Shown in pieces: positions 1-11,121 of a stretch of 64,000 nucleotides of DNA (positions within the stretch are counted from its first letter, which is position 1; every line of letters begins with the position of its first letter). Source of the stretch: Eutreptiella sp. 'Long Island Sound 2002' (lineage: Eukaryota > Protista > Euglenida). The stretch spans positions 39,184,001-39,248,000 of the forward strand of contig OZ038379.1 of the NCBI GenBank assembly GCA_964036045.1, in the 5' to 3' direction. Below the pieces are notes generated by a model that was not told where the DNA came from, did no database searches, and was given only the letters and a program-made list of their open reading frames with translations. Made by a program: the position numbers and the translations under genes.

Positions 1-651
1 GTATCAAGGTGGACCGTCGGGTGGGAGACGTGGTGCATGGTGCTTGCCGTGTCACACACGCTTCCAACAAGCGATTATGTGATGATATTATCCGGTGGTT
101 TGTTGGGGTAGTTGGCCAACGTGCCCGTGCATGTCATGAAATCTGGGCTGACTTATTGCATGAGGCTCGCTCTATTCTAGCGGCGGAGTGAAAGGACCTT
201 TTGCATCGAAAGACAAAGCAAGGAACCTTTAACATTAGCACGGCCCGACTTTTTTGGGCGGGCACGCAATTTAACAACGGCTCATGTTAGCCCTCCTGAC
301 GCACTTTCCAACTATTATTTGCAATGGTGTATTTATGTATGTTTTCGTTGCCACTTTTTTGCGCGATTTTGGTGGTCTTCAAAGACTAAAAAAGAACCTT
401 GTACTCACATTGAGGTGGCCTCTGCCAAACTTTTGTGTGCAAGCATTGGTACATGTTGGGAGAAATTGGGGCGGAAGGCCACTCCATGGGTCCATTGGAC
501 TGTCGCCCATTCCCACTACTTCCTTACCAAACATCCCACTTTATATCTATTCTCGAGTGTACCTGCCGAACACCGGCAACGCCGTTTTACGATGCAGGTG
601 AAAAACTCCATACATGGATGGTCGATCCGAAAGCCACGGGTGTCGAAATGA
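1..651 (+). pseudogene. 3' part of decayed DDE transposase (Transib/RAG1-CMC-like)
   Basis: Frame-broken translation gives DRRVGDVVHG, GTFNISTARLFW and ATPWVHWTVAHSHYFLTKHPTLYLFSSVPAEH. This is H-x4-H then E 20 residues later (GAA 568-570), the spacing of RAG1 H937/H942/E962. Confidence 0.6.
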
Positions 652-1175
652 GGTATGCGCCATGTGCTAAACATGGAGACTATGCGAATTGGCTTGCGGC
701 ACTACATTGCACGCAAGGGCTGTGCACTGTTGAAAAGACAACGGAACTACAAGGACATTGTCCTGCACTGATGAGTTGAGTTGTAATGCGTTTTTTGGAC
801 ATTTGTACCCTTTGTTACCCGCACCTTTAAATGAACATGCGCATGGTCGACCACCCCCGATGAGACCTTGGCTCACAAGTACTCCGAAAGGCATGCAGAC
901 GGTGCAGCAGGCAGCGTATGCGCTTCCTCGAAATCCGCGACCGCTAATAAGCAACCCTGATAGCGTCGAGTGGTCCTGGACGCCCAGCTGCGCATGGCCA
1001 CGGTTGCCGGGTCGTCCGGGCGAACACCGGAAGGGGCAGCCGTCCACGCCAATGCTGCCGCACGAAAGATTCCGCCAGCCATGGTCTCCGGCACGGTGAC
1101 GACTCGCCCGACCCCCTCTCCGGGCCTGACTCCAAAGGAACCTCGGGCCCAACTCCAGGCCCCCGTTCCTGGAGC

Positions 1176-1860
1176 TCAGGACGAGTTAGGGCACTCGAAG
1201 TGCTAGTGCCTGGCCGGCTCCTCGTTGAGGCCCAATACCAGGCAGCGCTTGCAAGGCTGCAACGCCACAGCCGTCTCGGGCACGCAAGAGCCTTTGGCCG
1301 TCCGCCAGTGCAACACCCAGCCCCTGCTGTCAAACTTGATACCTTTGTACGTAAAGTTGTCCCCACCTTGGTTCCGGGCGTCCCGCCAATCGAGGCCGTC
1401 CAGTGGGTTGGTCGCTTGAGAGGCAGAAAGCGCGGCAGGGTCGGCATACTTTTCCGTGTAGGCCTTCTGGGACTCGACCAACATTGACCACATCCAATAC
1501 GCCAGTCGATCCTCGGGATCAGCCCCCGCCGCCGACCCTGCCAACCGGCTGGGCGACAGGCCTCTCCGCTGCCTTGACGTAGTCGCTCGAGGCGTCCCCA
1601 CATTGCGGCTTCCAAGACGCAAGTTTCGGCTTAGCCATCCGCTCAGTGACCGCTGTGGCTGTCAACTCCGGCACTAGTGACTTGTCGTTGACGCTGAGCT
1701 CGTCCAGCTTCATCTCCAGAGAGACCAGCGCCGCCTGTTGCTGCGCCAGCAGCGCACGCATCTGGGCTGGGGACACATTGGCCACGTCTTGGCCGTCGGA
1801 TCCAGAGCTACCGCCACACTTATTGGCCGTCTTCGCAGGCGACGAGGTGAAAGTAAACAT
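1176..1860 (-). pseudogene. gag-like ORF with C-terminal zinc knuckle (copy 1)
   Basis: ATG at 1860, coiled-coil-like MRALLAQQQAALVSLEMKL, then PCKRCLVLGLNEEPARH*HFECPNSS. One frameshift and a TGG>TAG stop at 1203-1205. Confidence 0.55.
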
Positions 1861-1869
1861 GGTGCACAC

Positions 1870-1954
1870 AAATAGAAATTTCGCAGAACTGTAGTAGAGA
1901 CACAGATGGGGTTGTGAACTACTCTCCGCCCAGAAAACCAGGGGCCGACAGGAG
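1870..1954 (-). promoter_or_regulatory. ~85 bp leader L (pyrimidine tract + YAG) upstream of the gag-like ATG
   Basis: Reverse complement of 8756-8840 at about 80% identity. Reads ccccatctgtgtctctactacag|ttctgcgaaa, with the ATG 28 nt downstream. Confidence 0.55.
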
Positions 1955-2149
1955 AACTCCCCCTCTGCCATCACAGCCCGCTGCTGCCACTGGGGCTGGG
2001 CCTCCTTTTTGGGCACAAGGGGAGCCAGCGGGACTTGGGAGGGGGTGGGGGGGGCTGTTCTCTGGGCGTTGCGGGGTTGCCCCACCCCCTTACCCTTGGG
2101 CCCCTGGAACCCCCACTGCTGCACGAGCGGGTGTCGTCAACACCCCCAT

Positions 2150-2620
2150 TGTTGTAGCCCCCCCCCTCCACCACCGCTAACTCCCCGGAGTGCACCCGGG
2201 TCTCCCACTGCGCATGGAACCGCATCATTAGCCATGCATGGTCCATGTGCGCCTCCATGCGGATCCCCCACCCCCTCATCCCGCTGATCGGCATGACCCC
2301 GTCCAGATCCACTTGTCCCTTAGCCGCCCCCTGTGTCCCCAGTACCACGGTCGCCAGTTTCCAATGCCCCCCTCGCAACCGGCAGGCGTACAGCCCCACA
2401 AGCTGCTCCCCATCGTTCAGCTGCACCCCCGCCATGTTGATAGCGCAGCCGAAAGAAATGCGGAAGGCAGGGGTGCGCTCACCCGCCTTCGTCTCCACAT
2501 GGACCTCGCAGGTCACCGCCACGAAGTCGATCCTAGCCCGCTTCCGGTCCGGAAGCTCGAGCCTCCATGCGAACGAGGGTTGTACGCGCAGCATGATCAA
2601 CACTGTGATGGGGGGGGGCG
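2150..2620 (-). pseudogene. Unidentified protein-like ORF in the duplicated block (second copy ~18340-18790)
   Basis: The frame is open in both copies: LRVQPSFAWRLELP...GVQLNDGEQLVGLYACRLRGGHWKLATVVLGTQG...EAHMDHAWLMMRFHAQWETRV. No family recognised. Confidence 0.4.
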
Positions 2621-3466
2621 TCGGGCGGGTAACCGGTGGCCCCGGTGTGTGTGTCGTGCTGCGCCACGACCACGGTGTGGGAAGGTGGTGGGGTAGCTGA
2701 GGTAGGCTGAGAGGCCAAGACATCCCGAGCCTTGCTTGAGGGAATGTCCTTTGCGGAGGAGGAAAGTGGACGCCACCTGCTGTCCCACTGGGCCCTAGGG
2801 CAGGGCCGAATCGCGGCTGCGTGCCACGCATCACACGCGAGTTAGGCTCTCAGCAGTTCCACGTCTCCTAGAAACAAACAGCGATAACGAAAGAGCAAAC
2901 AGAACTATGAAATCCAAAAGTTGCTCAAAAATCGCGTGATTTTCGTGCGAGGTTCGCAAACAAGAAGCAATTTCCAAAAATCCTACACAACGCGCACGGA
3001 TGGCACAATCGCGCGAAAATCGGGCAAATTTCAGGTTCGCCAACAAGCTTTTTTTTTTTACATTTATCGCATTCCCAGGGACAGTGGATGCTCCATCCCC
3101 GTTTCTTCGCCTCCAAAGAACTTGCGCCGTGCAAGCGGCAAGAAGCCGCCAATTGCCCAATGCACGAGGGCGTCCCTGTTCGTCCGCTCATCCTTTGGCC
3201 AACTCAAGTTGGTACGGCCCCCGCCACAACACAACCTTCCCGCCTTCGACCGGCACGAGGTGGAGACCCGCTGCAAAGCGGGTGATGAAGGTGGGGTGGT
3301 GGGTGCACATGGAGGGGGGCTTGCTTCAACCGGGGCTTGAGGGGATTGAAAACATCATCCAAAGGTCCTCCGGCCAGCCCCAAATTGGCCCCCAAACCCC
3401 TCCCCCCCCCACAAAAAGGAATGGGCCACACGTGGGGACCTCTTGCTGCTCAAGGCTGCCAGAAGA

Positions 3467-3670
3467 CTAATTGAGCGGCGGGTCATTGGGGGCGTCGAGG
3501 TGCGTAGTGTTGGGCAGCACGTTGACATGCTTTTCGTCGGGGGTCCACTGCGTGAACAGAGCCACTTGCATATCGTGACCGGAGGGGGGTGGAACACCAT
3601 GGTGGCGGGTGGTGCTGCCCATGACGAGAAGCTCCCCTTTGTTAAGGAGGACCTCGTCCCAGCTCTGCAC
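3467..3670 (-). pseudogene. Possible C-terminal fragment of a 2OG-Fe(II)/cupin-fold dioxygenase (second copy ~19690-19910)
   Basis: EVLLNKGELLVMGSTTRHHGVPPP...QVALFTQW fits the G-x-hhh-x5-H-x-G distal His strand pattern. No HxD was found; the 5' part is replaced by a 59 bp tandem repeat. Confidence 0.3.
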
Positions 3671-3691
3671 CTCGCCCCCCCCCCCCTCTCA

Positions 3692-3850
3692 AAGGCAAAG
3701 CCTACACGAGCTGCGGGTAATTTTACAGGCACAATTGACGGGTCATCCTTAAGGCAAAGCCTACAGGAACTGCAGGTATTTTTACAAGCACAATGGACGG
3801 GTCATCCTCAAGGCAAAGCCTACACGAACTGCGGGTAATTTTACAGGCAT
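3692..3850. repeat. 59 bp tandem repeat, ~2.7 units
   Basis: aaggcaaagcctaca... starts at 3692, 3751 and 3810. Confidence 0.9.
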
Positions 3851-4466
3851 TATGGCAGGGAACGTCCAGAAACTTATAGGTGCAGGTACCCGGCAACGAG
3901 CATGCATAATCACATGTTTTAAACGGGTGCAAATGCACCTGGGGTACACAGGTGATTTTCAAACCTACGGAGGCAAGAAAGCATTGTATGAAAATTGTGT
4001 AGGACGAGCACTACGGTGACATTTGAAGGCCGTTCCCCCCTGAATGCATAGGCGGTACTGGGGGGAGAGGGCCACGAGGCTGGAAAGCCGGGGGTACAGC
4101 TTTGACCCATCCTGACCCAGCGCTATCAGTGCACACCAGGTAAGAGACATCAGCGGGCTGGTAGCGTTTTCAAAAACTTGATGCCAACCTGAGGGAGAGC
4201 ATGCCTGAAGCTTTTCAGGCTTTTTACCCCATGCCCCCCGGCTCCATCATCGTGTCCGGTGTGGAGTCCGGCGATCACGTGGCCCAAACGGACACGTCCA
4301 CCGCCCCTCAATGTCCTCCCCCCGTTCGACTGCCTTTGCCCACTACCCCACCTCCTCCACCAGCAAGGCCCCCGTGTATGTGGCCTCCTCCATCGTGTGC
4401 CGGCGGGGGAGGGCCATGAAGTGGGAAGTGGGCGTGGGTGTCAGCGGCCGGGTCCGGGAGGCTACC

Positions 4467-5607
4467 ATGTTGCGAGAGAGCCATTACAAGGGAAATGAAA
4501 GCTGCAAAGGGGAACAAGCATGGAAAGGCGCGGAACTTGAAAAACCTTGGACATATGCACCTAATCTTCGGACGAATGGAAATTACATGCGAATGTGAAC
4601 GAGATATTTGAAAGAGACATGCGAATATTCGCGCCAATGTAACAATTGTTTGTGAATCTAAGCCATGAGAGCTGCCACTGGTTCTTTATTTTTCGTTACC
4701 TTTCGGCGAAGTAAGCACGGCGCAACGTGGTGTTGGCAGTATGAGGAGCAGAAGACCTTGGCCTCATGCCACCCACCGTCCTCCCCATCCATTGGAGGTT
4801 GGCTAAAGGGGGATCGTCGTCGGGGCGTCAGCCCTATTTCAGTCCCCCCTCGCTGTCCTTCTTGGCCCAGGCGGCATGCACCCGTGAACAGCGCATTGCG
4901 CTGGGACTAAGATGTATCAGCTACGTGCTCTGGCTGCGAGTGTCTGAGGTGGCCACCATTGCACCTCAACACCTGCAAACATCCGGCTTGGCTTCCTTCA
5001 CCGCTACAAAAGTGGGGGGTTCGTCAGAAGAGAGACGTCCCCTGGGCCGCTGGGCAGCTAGCTGGGCTGCTTATCTCTTGGCTCTGGTGGGTGACTCAGC
5101 GGACCGGGCACAACCGTTCGCGGAGCTATGAGCGTCGGGATTGGAGGACACCATTAAGGGCATGTCGCGGAACTCACGGTGGAGCCATCTGCGGATGCTA
5201 GGAACCTTGTTGCCTCTGTGTTGGAGGTTCTGCTCCGGGACCTCTGGCCGGAGGCCGTGTACGCCAACGAAACAGTCGCCATCAAGGATCTGGTCAAGGG
5301 GTTGGGCGCCCAACCTACTGCCGACGCGCGGGAGCCAAAGCGGGCCGGCGATGGTGCGGGCGACGCGTCCTCGGGTTCCGACTCCACGGAGGCTTCCTCG
5401 GAGTCGTCAAGTTCATCCCTCGAATCGGCCGGGTCAAGCGCCGCAGCCGCGAAGCGCGGTGTTGGAGTGTCCGCACTGGGGTCCGCCCCGGGCAATGGCG
5501 ACGGAGGCGCATTCGGCGGCGGCGGCAAATCCGCTGCGGGGCGCCGACCGCGTGGCAGCGAGACCAAGCGCAAGCGGGGCCCAGCTAGCGCCTCGTCCTC
5601 CAAGTGA
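4467..5607 (+). pseudogene. Tyrosine recombinase of a YR retrotransposon (copy 1; HxxR and catalytic Tyr deleted)
   Basis: WLRVSEVATI first-Arg motif, FTATKVGG, and a low-complexity/basic tail. About 166 bp matching 21468-21633 is missing. Confidence 0.85.
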
Positions 5608-5738
5608 GCAGGCGGGGATAAGGGCGTTAAGCCGGCGCCGAAGCGGTAGAAGTTGCCTGTTGTGGGCGGTACCATAGGTGTCCACGGCCCTTTAGCGGGT
5701 GGCCTGAAGATAGTGTTGGGTGGTGGCTCCGTCGGGAG

Positions 5739-8047
5739 TTGTCCCGCCGCCGGGGGCCGTTTGCGTGGGCGTGGCGCCGACGGGCGTGCGAGCCCCGTTG
5801 GTCCTCCACAAAAGGTGCCTCGGAAGGGGGGAGGGGCCCGAAGTGTCTCGCCCGGTGGGAGGGTCGACAGGCGCCGAAGCTGGAGCCAGTGGGGTGGCGT
5901 GGAAGTTCAGACCGCGCGGGGAGGACAAATGCAACCCCATCTCCCTCTGAGGGCGCTGCATCCCGCGGGGCTCGGTGGGGACCCGGATTAGGCGACCATC
6001 TGGCCGGAGGACCCCAGGGACTGCCAAACAATCACAACGGTGGATCTCCTGCTGACCCGGGAGTCCTTCGGCCGGCTGGTATGCTGGGCCGCCGGAACGT
6101 TCGTGATCAGTCCCCGCTAGGCCATGTGGTGCAGCCCGACGGCCTGCGGCCGCCGTTGTCTCGCGGGGGGGTGGGGGAACCTCTTTTCCTGCTCCTCCTT
6201 CGCGAATTGTCCGGTAAGCCGGTGTGGTTGTCCGTGGCCCTCAAAACCAGCGTCCGCCTCCTGATGCAGAGGACACACCTCTTTTTGCTGCGGGCCTTTG
6301 TCACAGCCGAGGATTTTCGGCTCCCTGATACAGTGAGCATTTTTCTGCGGGTGCTCGCTGAGCTTCAGCCGGAGGGTTGGGCCAGCCTGGGGCATGTCTC
6401 GACATCCCCTAAGCCAGTCCTGCAAGCGCCTGATCCCGAGGTGGCGGCTCGGGGTTTGGAAGATATAGGGTCATATTATATCTCGGACGCATTATGGGAT
6501 GAGGTTGTGGGGGAGGGGGTGGATGTGGAGTGGTTGGCTTCGGAGTTTGCACCGGAAGTCCCCCCCCCCCACCGGCAGTCCTCCAAAGGCGTGAGAAGGA
6601 CGTGCTGGTGGAGCCCATGTTGCGCTCCACAGGTTGGGGGGGTGGTGGAGAGGGTGGTGGAGGACCCTGGGCGGCCCGCCACGTGCTCGCCCTTCATCAT
6701 GCGGAAGTTCTCGGAGAAGGTGTCGGTAATTTTCCACTTGGTAGACTTCAACGACACCATGCCCCGCCCTGCACATTTTTCGTTGTGCAGCTGGGAAAAC
6801 ATGGCGGATCGCCTCAGTGTGTGGCCGCCGCGTGAGCCCTCTTATTGCACGCACATAGATTTGAAAAACGCCTTCTGGTCGTTTGTATTGCCGCCGAAGG
6901 CGGCGCGGGCATTTCTGTTTGGTTTTTGGCCGGGAGGGGGGGCTCGGGTCATGTACGGCATGTGCCGCATGCTGTTTGGGTGGGAATTCTCCCCGCTGCT
7001 GTGCCAATTGGCTTTGCAAAAAGTGATCGCGGGACTTGTCCCGCCGCATATGATCATCTTCCATTATTTGGATAATTTTCTTTTGATGGGCGGGTGTCCC
7101 GCTGAGCTTCGGGAGGTCACCCGTTGGGTGGTGGATGCGTTGAAAGCGGCAGGATTTTTGGTGTCGCCCAAGTCTGTCCTGGAGCCCACGAGGCGCATTT
7201 TGTTCTTGGGGAAGCATATTGACACACGGGCGCGACACATTTGGTCCCACCCGCGTGCGTATTTGCAGATGGTTGCGCAATGGCTGCGTCTGGCGACGGC
7301 GGCCCAGCCGCACCCCCGTCCTTTGAATAAGGTGTTAGGTTTTATTCAATGGCATGTGCGGCCGCGTAGAGGCATGGGCCCATTTCCGGCTGGAGCTTAC
7401 TGCTGGCAGCGGTGGGGAGCTGTTGGGTAGCCGGTCCCTCTTAAAGTGCTGCACGGGTTGGCCACCGCGATAGTTTTCGCTATGGAGCCATGGTCTCCGC
7501 CTCGTACCCTGCGGTGGTCCCTGAAGTGTGCTCTGGGTTGCCCGGTAACACTTAGCCGCCATGCGTTCGCCACGGCTTGTTTATGCCTGGTAAGCACGAA
7601 GTGCGGTCTGTGGTTATCCCACCCAGTCTGCATACTCAGCACAGTGCGGAGCTGTGGGGGTTGTGTTGGGCTGTGATACTGGCCAAGTGGTTGGGTTGGA
7701 GGTTTTTAGTTTTGGTGACCGATTCGCAAGTGGCGGGGGAACAGATGGTGTCGCTGCGCGCGCGCACTTTGCTGCACAGGCAGAACAAGCTCTTGCGGTC
7801 CACTGCTATCAGGATGTCACAACGTGGGACGGTAGTGGGACTGCATTGGGCGTCCACCGAATTTCAGCCGGCAGATCCACCGAGTCGCCTTGATGCGTTG
7901 GGGTGCTCGTCCCCTTTGCTTGCTTTGCGTTGGGCACAGTTCCGCCGGAGCATTGTGCGTGCGCGCGTGCCGGGTCCTGATGTGCTTGGGGTGGTTTGGT
8001 TGCCAACGTGCGAGACATTTATGGGCGCAGGGTGCCGCGGGTCTTAG
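5739..8047 (+). pseudogene. DIRS-type reverse transcriptase plus RNase H (copy 1)
   Basis: The 563 aa ORF has HIDLKNAFW, RMLFGWEFSP, HYLDNFLL (7065-7076) and SPKSVLEPTRRILFLG. After a TAG and a frameshift comes RNase H SAELWGL...VTDSQVA...LHWASTEFQPADPPSR. Confidence 0.92.
5988..6110 (+). repeat. Structured module M (also at 8059-8180, 8498-8627, 22426-22548, 24500-24620, 24932-25060)
   Basis: All six begin (t/g)aggcga and carry a ccaaacaa(t/a)cacaac loop inside nested inverted repeats, ending ggtatgc...ttcg. Confidence 0.8.
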
Positions 8048-8676
8048 GGAGGCAAGGATTAGGCGACCATCTTGCCGGAAAGCCCCGGGGAACACCAAAC
8101 AAACACAACAGTGGTTCTCCCGCCGACTCTGGGGTCTTTCCGCCGGGGGGTATGCCGGGCCCCTTTGCGCATTCGTGGTCGCCCCCCCCCCCCCCCCAGG
8201 GCATGCTGGTGCGGCCCATGTGCCGGTGCCATGTTTGAGGTCCACTGTTGTCAGAATGACGCGGTGTGGGCTGGTGATGGACTGCATTGGGTATCCACAG
8301 AACTTCAGCCGGCAGATCAGCCGAGTCGCCGTGATGCGGCGGCATGCTCGTCCCCATTGCATACTTTGCGTTTGGCACAATTTCGATGGGGCCTTGTGCA
8401 TGCGTGTGTGCCGGGTCCTGATGTGCTTGGGGTGCCTTGGTTGTGAACATGCGAGGCGTTGTGGGCGCTGAGCTGCGGGTCCCGGGGGAGGCAGGGGTTA
8501 GGCGACCGACCATATGGCCGGGGGGGGGGGGGGAGAACACCAAACAAACACAACGCTGCTTCTCCCGCCAACTCTGGGGTCTTCTCCCCGTGCGGTATGC
8601 CGGGCCCCATTGCGCGTTCGTGGTCAGCCTCCCCCCGGGCCTGATGGTGCGGCCCGTGTGCCGGTATCGTGTTTGG
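7797..8676 (+). repeat. ~440 bp tandem duplication of the RNase H 3' end plus module M (copy 2: ~24239-25110)
   Basis: ggtccactg at 7797/8239, ggactgcattggg at 7838/8279 and ttaggcgacc at 8059/8498. Confidence 0.9.
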
Positions 8677-8755
8677 TGGGGGTCGCGAGGGTGTGTGGGG
8701 ACCAGGGGGAGGGGTACCGAAGGTGATTTCAATCCTGAGTTGTTGCTTGTGTGAA

Positions 8756-8877
8756 CTTCTGTCTGCCCCTGCTTTTCTGGGCGGTCAATAGTTCACAACC
8801 CCATCTCTGTCTCTACTGCAGTTCTGCGAAAGTTTTATTTTCCGCCCCCCCGCCCATCCGTCGGCACAACCATTATG
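8756..8877 (+). promoter_or_regulatory. Leader L, plus-strand copy after RNase H
   Basis: ccccatctctgtctctactgcag| (AG 8820-8821), ATG at 8875. Confidence 0.55.
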
Positions 8878-10019
8878 CTGGTGCCCCGAGACAAAGGCAT
8901 CACAAGAGCTAAAAAAAAACCGGAAAAGGTGGTATGAGTGACGTCAATGGTGCCCCTGGGCAGAAGGGGGTACCCATCGGGCTACCATTGGAACCCATGT
9001 ACCATCCCGAACTTGGACCAACACCCGCCCGCCCCCACAGCCCCCTTCGTTGTGCCCTTCCACCGACAGCAGGACCCCTAAGCTCACTCCCAGGGGAGCT
9101 GATGAGGGCCCCGGACCACCGTGAAGGTGGTGCCCACGGTGGGTGATGCTCCTCCTGCCTCACAATGTGCCGCTTGGCCAACTACAACAAAGCGGGACCT
9201 TCACCATCTCGTGCCAAATGACAGTCATCTTTCTTGTCAGTAAGAATTAGACTCGCGTGAACCGGTTGCGTGTGGCCATTTTTTGTGCCACAGCGACAAC
9301 CTCGCACAGTATGGCCATTGGTACGCTTAAAAAAAGTCTGGTGCATGCCTTTTGTGCCTCGTTGTGGGCTTTTTGCCTTTTATGACCGGTGATCCTATCT
9401 TTAAACCTAAAATAGAGGAGCGCGTCAATTACATCTTCACGTTTTGCGCGTGGCAACGGTGAGACCGGGGAGCTGAAATACACTGACAACAAGCGTTGGG
9501 GCATGGTAGTCTGGAAAACAAGGTAAATGGAGCACACATGGAGCAATATGTACACAGTGTATGGCATGCGCCGAAAAGTTTTTCCCATGACTAAAAAATG
9601 TTCCCAAAATCCAGGTTTTCGGGTGCACTTGAGCTGAGGGGGGAGGCGGGGAGGGGGTGCAGGGGAGGGGTCCCCCCCCCTGCCGGACTGAAAATTAAAG
9701 CAAGTCCCTTGAGGGGGGGGGGTCCGAGGGGGGCTAGGGGGGGGTCCCAGACCCCCCCCTCCAGGGGGATGCTGCGTTGTCAAGCAAAATTCTGCCAGTC
9801 CCGTTTTGCAGTAATGTAACCCATAAACCCCAAGATATTGTGGTATGCAAACAAAGGAAGGGCACAAATGACCGGAAAGTGCGTTAATCTGTGAACATCT
9901 AGCACGTCAACATGTCAACCAGTTAATGTATGAAGTATTAATGATTAACCATATTACGTTTAATCCAAGTCACGAAGCCTGTCCTAATGTGCAATGTCAA
10001 TGGTAAGGGGTCCCCCTTG

Positions 10020-10650
10020 ATATTTTACCCTCGACGGTAGCGGAGACACGAGCACCCTTGCGGCGTGCAGATCTCGGATCTACTGCAAGCAAATAGCTTG
10101 AAATAAAGTCGTGGTGGAAGCTATTGGTCATGGGTTTCCAAAATTGCCTTGTTTGCGCGAAACTGACACGGTGGGCCCCTAGACGGGGCCGGTTAGTTGA
10201 GCACACTTGGGGACTGCATATCTCAGAGTTGCTACAAGCAACTAGCCTCAAATGAACTCCTCGTGGAAGCTAATAGTCCGAGCTTTCCAAAAATGCCTTG
10301 TTTGCAGGAAAGTGATACGGTGGGCCCCTCGACGGGGGCGCATAGTCGAGCACACTTAGGGCCTCCAGATCTCCGAGTTGTTGCGAGCAAAGAGACTGAA
10401 ATATAGTCTTGGTGGAAGCTTCGGATTGTGGCTTGCTGAAAATGCCTTGTTTTCATGAAACCGAAACAGTCGGGCCTGGACGGGGGCGGATAGTGCAACA
10501 CACTTGCGGGCTGCAGCTCTCAGCGGTGCTGTCCCCACAATTAGCTTGAAATAAAGTCCACGTGGAAGGTACTGGTCGGGCCTTTCCAAAAGTTCCTCGT
10601 TTTCCCGAAAACCGAAACAATGGCCCCTCGACGTGGTGGAGCACAAGCGT
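10020..10650. repeat. Degenerate ~149 bp tandem repeat, about 4 units
   Basis: gcac(a/c)ctt... gaaata.agtc..gtggaag... aatgccttgttt... ggcccct.gacgg recurs at ~10052, 10201, 10350 and 10499. Confidence 0.85.
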
Positions 10651-11022
10651 TGCTGCTCCTTAAATGATCACCGTTGTGGATTGGCCAAAATGCAGAAATT
10701 TGTTTTGTGGAGGAACTACTCAGCGTACAACACTAGGTAGGGCAATCTGTTTCGACCTTAAGGTGCCTTCCGCGGTCGCTTGCTTTATGTATGGTCTACA
10801 ACACACAATTTTCGACGTTCATTTGTACTTCAGATTGTTGCAGTTTGTTTCCAAAGTGTGACATCGTGTTGGCACCAGGGCAAGAGCTGGACCCCAACCT
10901 CAAGGCCGTGCACCACTTCGGGAAGTTGGAACTAGCGGCGTTTTTCATGCCTTCCTCCGATCAAGCTTTTCGCCTATTGAAATGCAAATGTGCCACGTCA
11001 AACGTTCAACCATCATTAGTGA

Positions 11023-11121
11023 AAGAGGGGGGGTTCCAGCGCCGGAAGGGGATTCCAGCAGGGGTTCGAGCAGGGATTCTAGCGCTCGAAGGGTGTTCCA
11101 ACAGGGTTCCAGCAGGGGTTG
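11023..11121 (+). repeat. (A)GGGGTTCCAGC-type short repeat cluster; also at 13585-13725, 15130-15247, 29172-29275 and 29476-29515
   Basis: Repeated ggggttccagc/ggggttcgagc units interleaved with gcgctcgaagg/gtgctagaagg. Confidence 0.85.

Larger units (their letters stand above)
4467..8840 (+). mobile_element. YR retrotransposon module with YR-RT-RH order (VIPER/TATE-like), copy 1; copy 2 at ~20741-25274
   Basis: YR lies directly upstream of a DIRS-like RT/RNase H on the same strand. There is no DDE integrase and no LTR pair. True termini were not resolved. Confidence 0.75.
1..8877. repeat. Copy 1 of a ~9 kb composite duplicated block; left end runs off the window
   Basis: Position 1 gtatcaaggtggacc matches 16146 (offset 16145). 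Similarity is collinear until ccattatg at 8877/25312, with indels. Confidence 0.95.

Noticed and set aside
5739-7430. RT as a retron, group II intron, DGR or LTR/LINE enzyme
   Set aside because: Motif style, a DIRS-type RNase H ending in ADxxSR-like sequence and an adjacent YR fit a YR retrotransposon. There is no integrase or endonuclease.
8059-8180. Module M as a hammerhead or HDV ribozyme
   Set aside because: No CUGANGA/GAAA core or recognisable HDV pseudoknot.
1870-8840. Inverted L pair as canonical DIRS1 inverted terminal repeats
   Set aside because: The gag-like gene lies outside the pair, block similarity extends beyond it, and no internal complementary region was found.
9247-9480. 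Protein-like minus-strand stretch REDVIDALLYFRFKDRITGHKRQK
   Set aside because: Could be an exon or TE fragment, but no family, start or splice sites could be supported.
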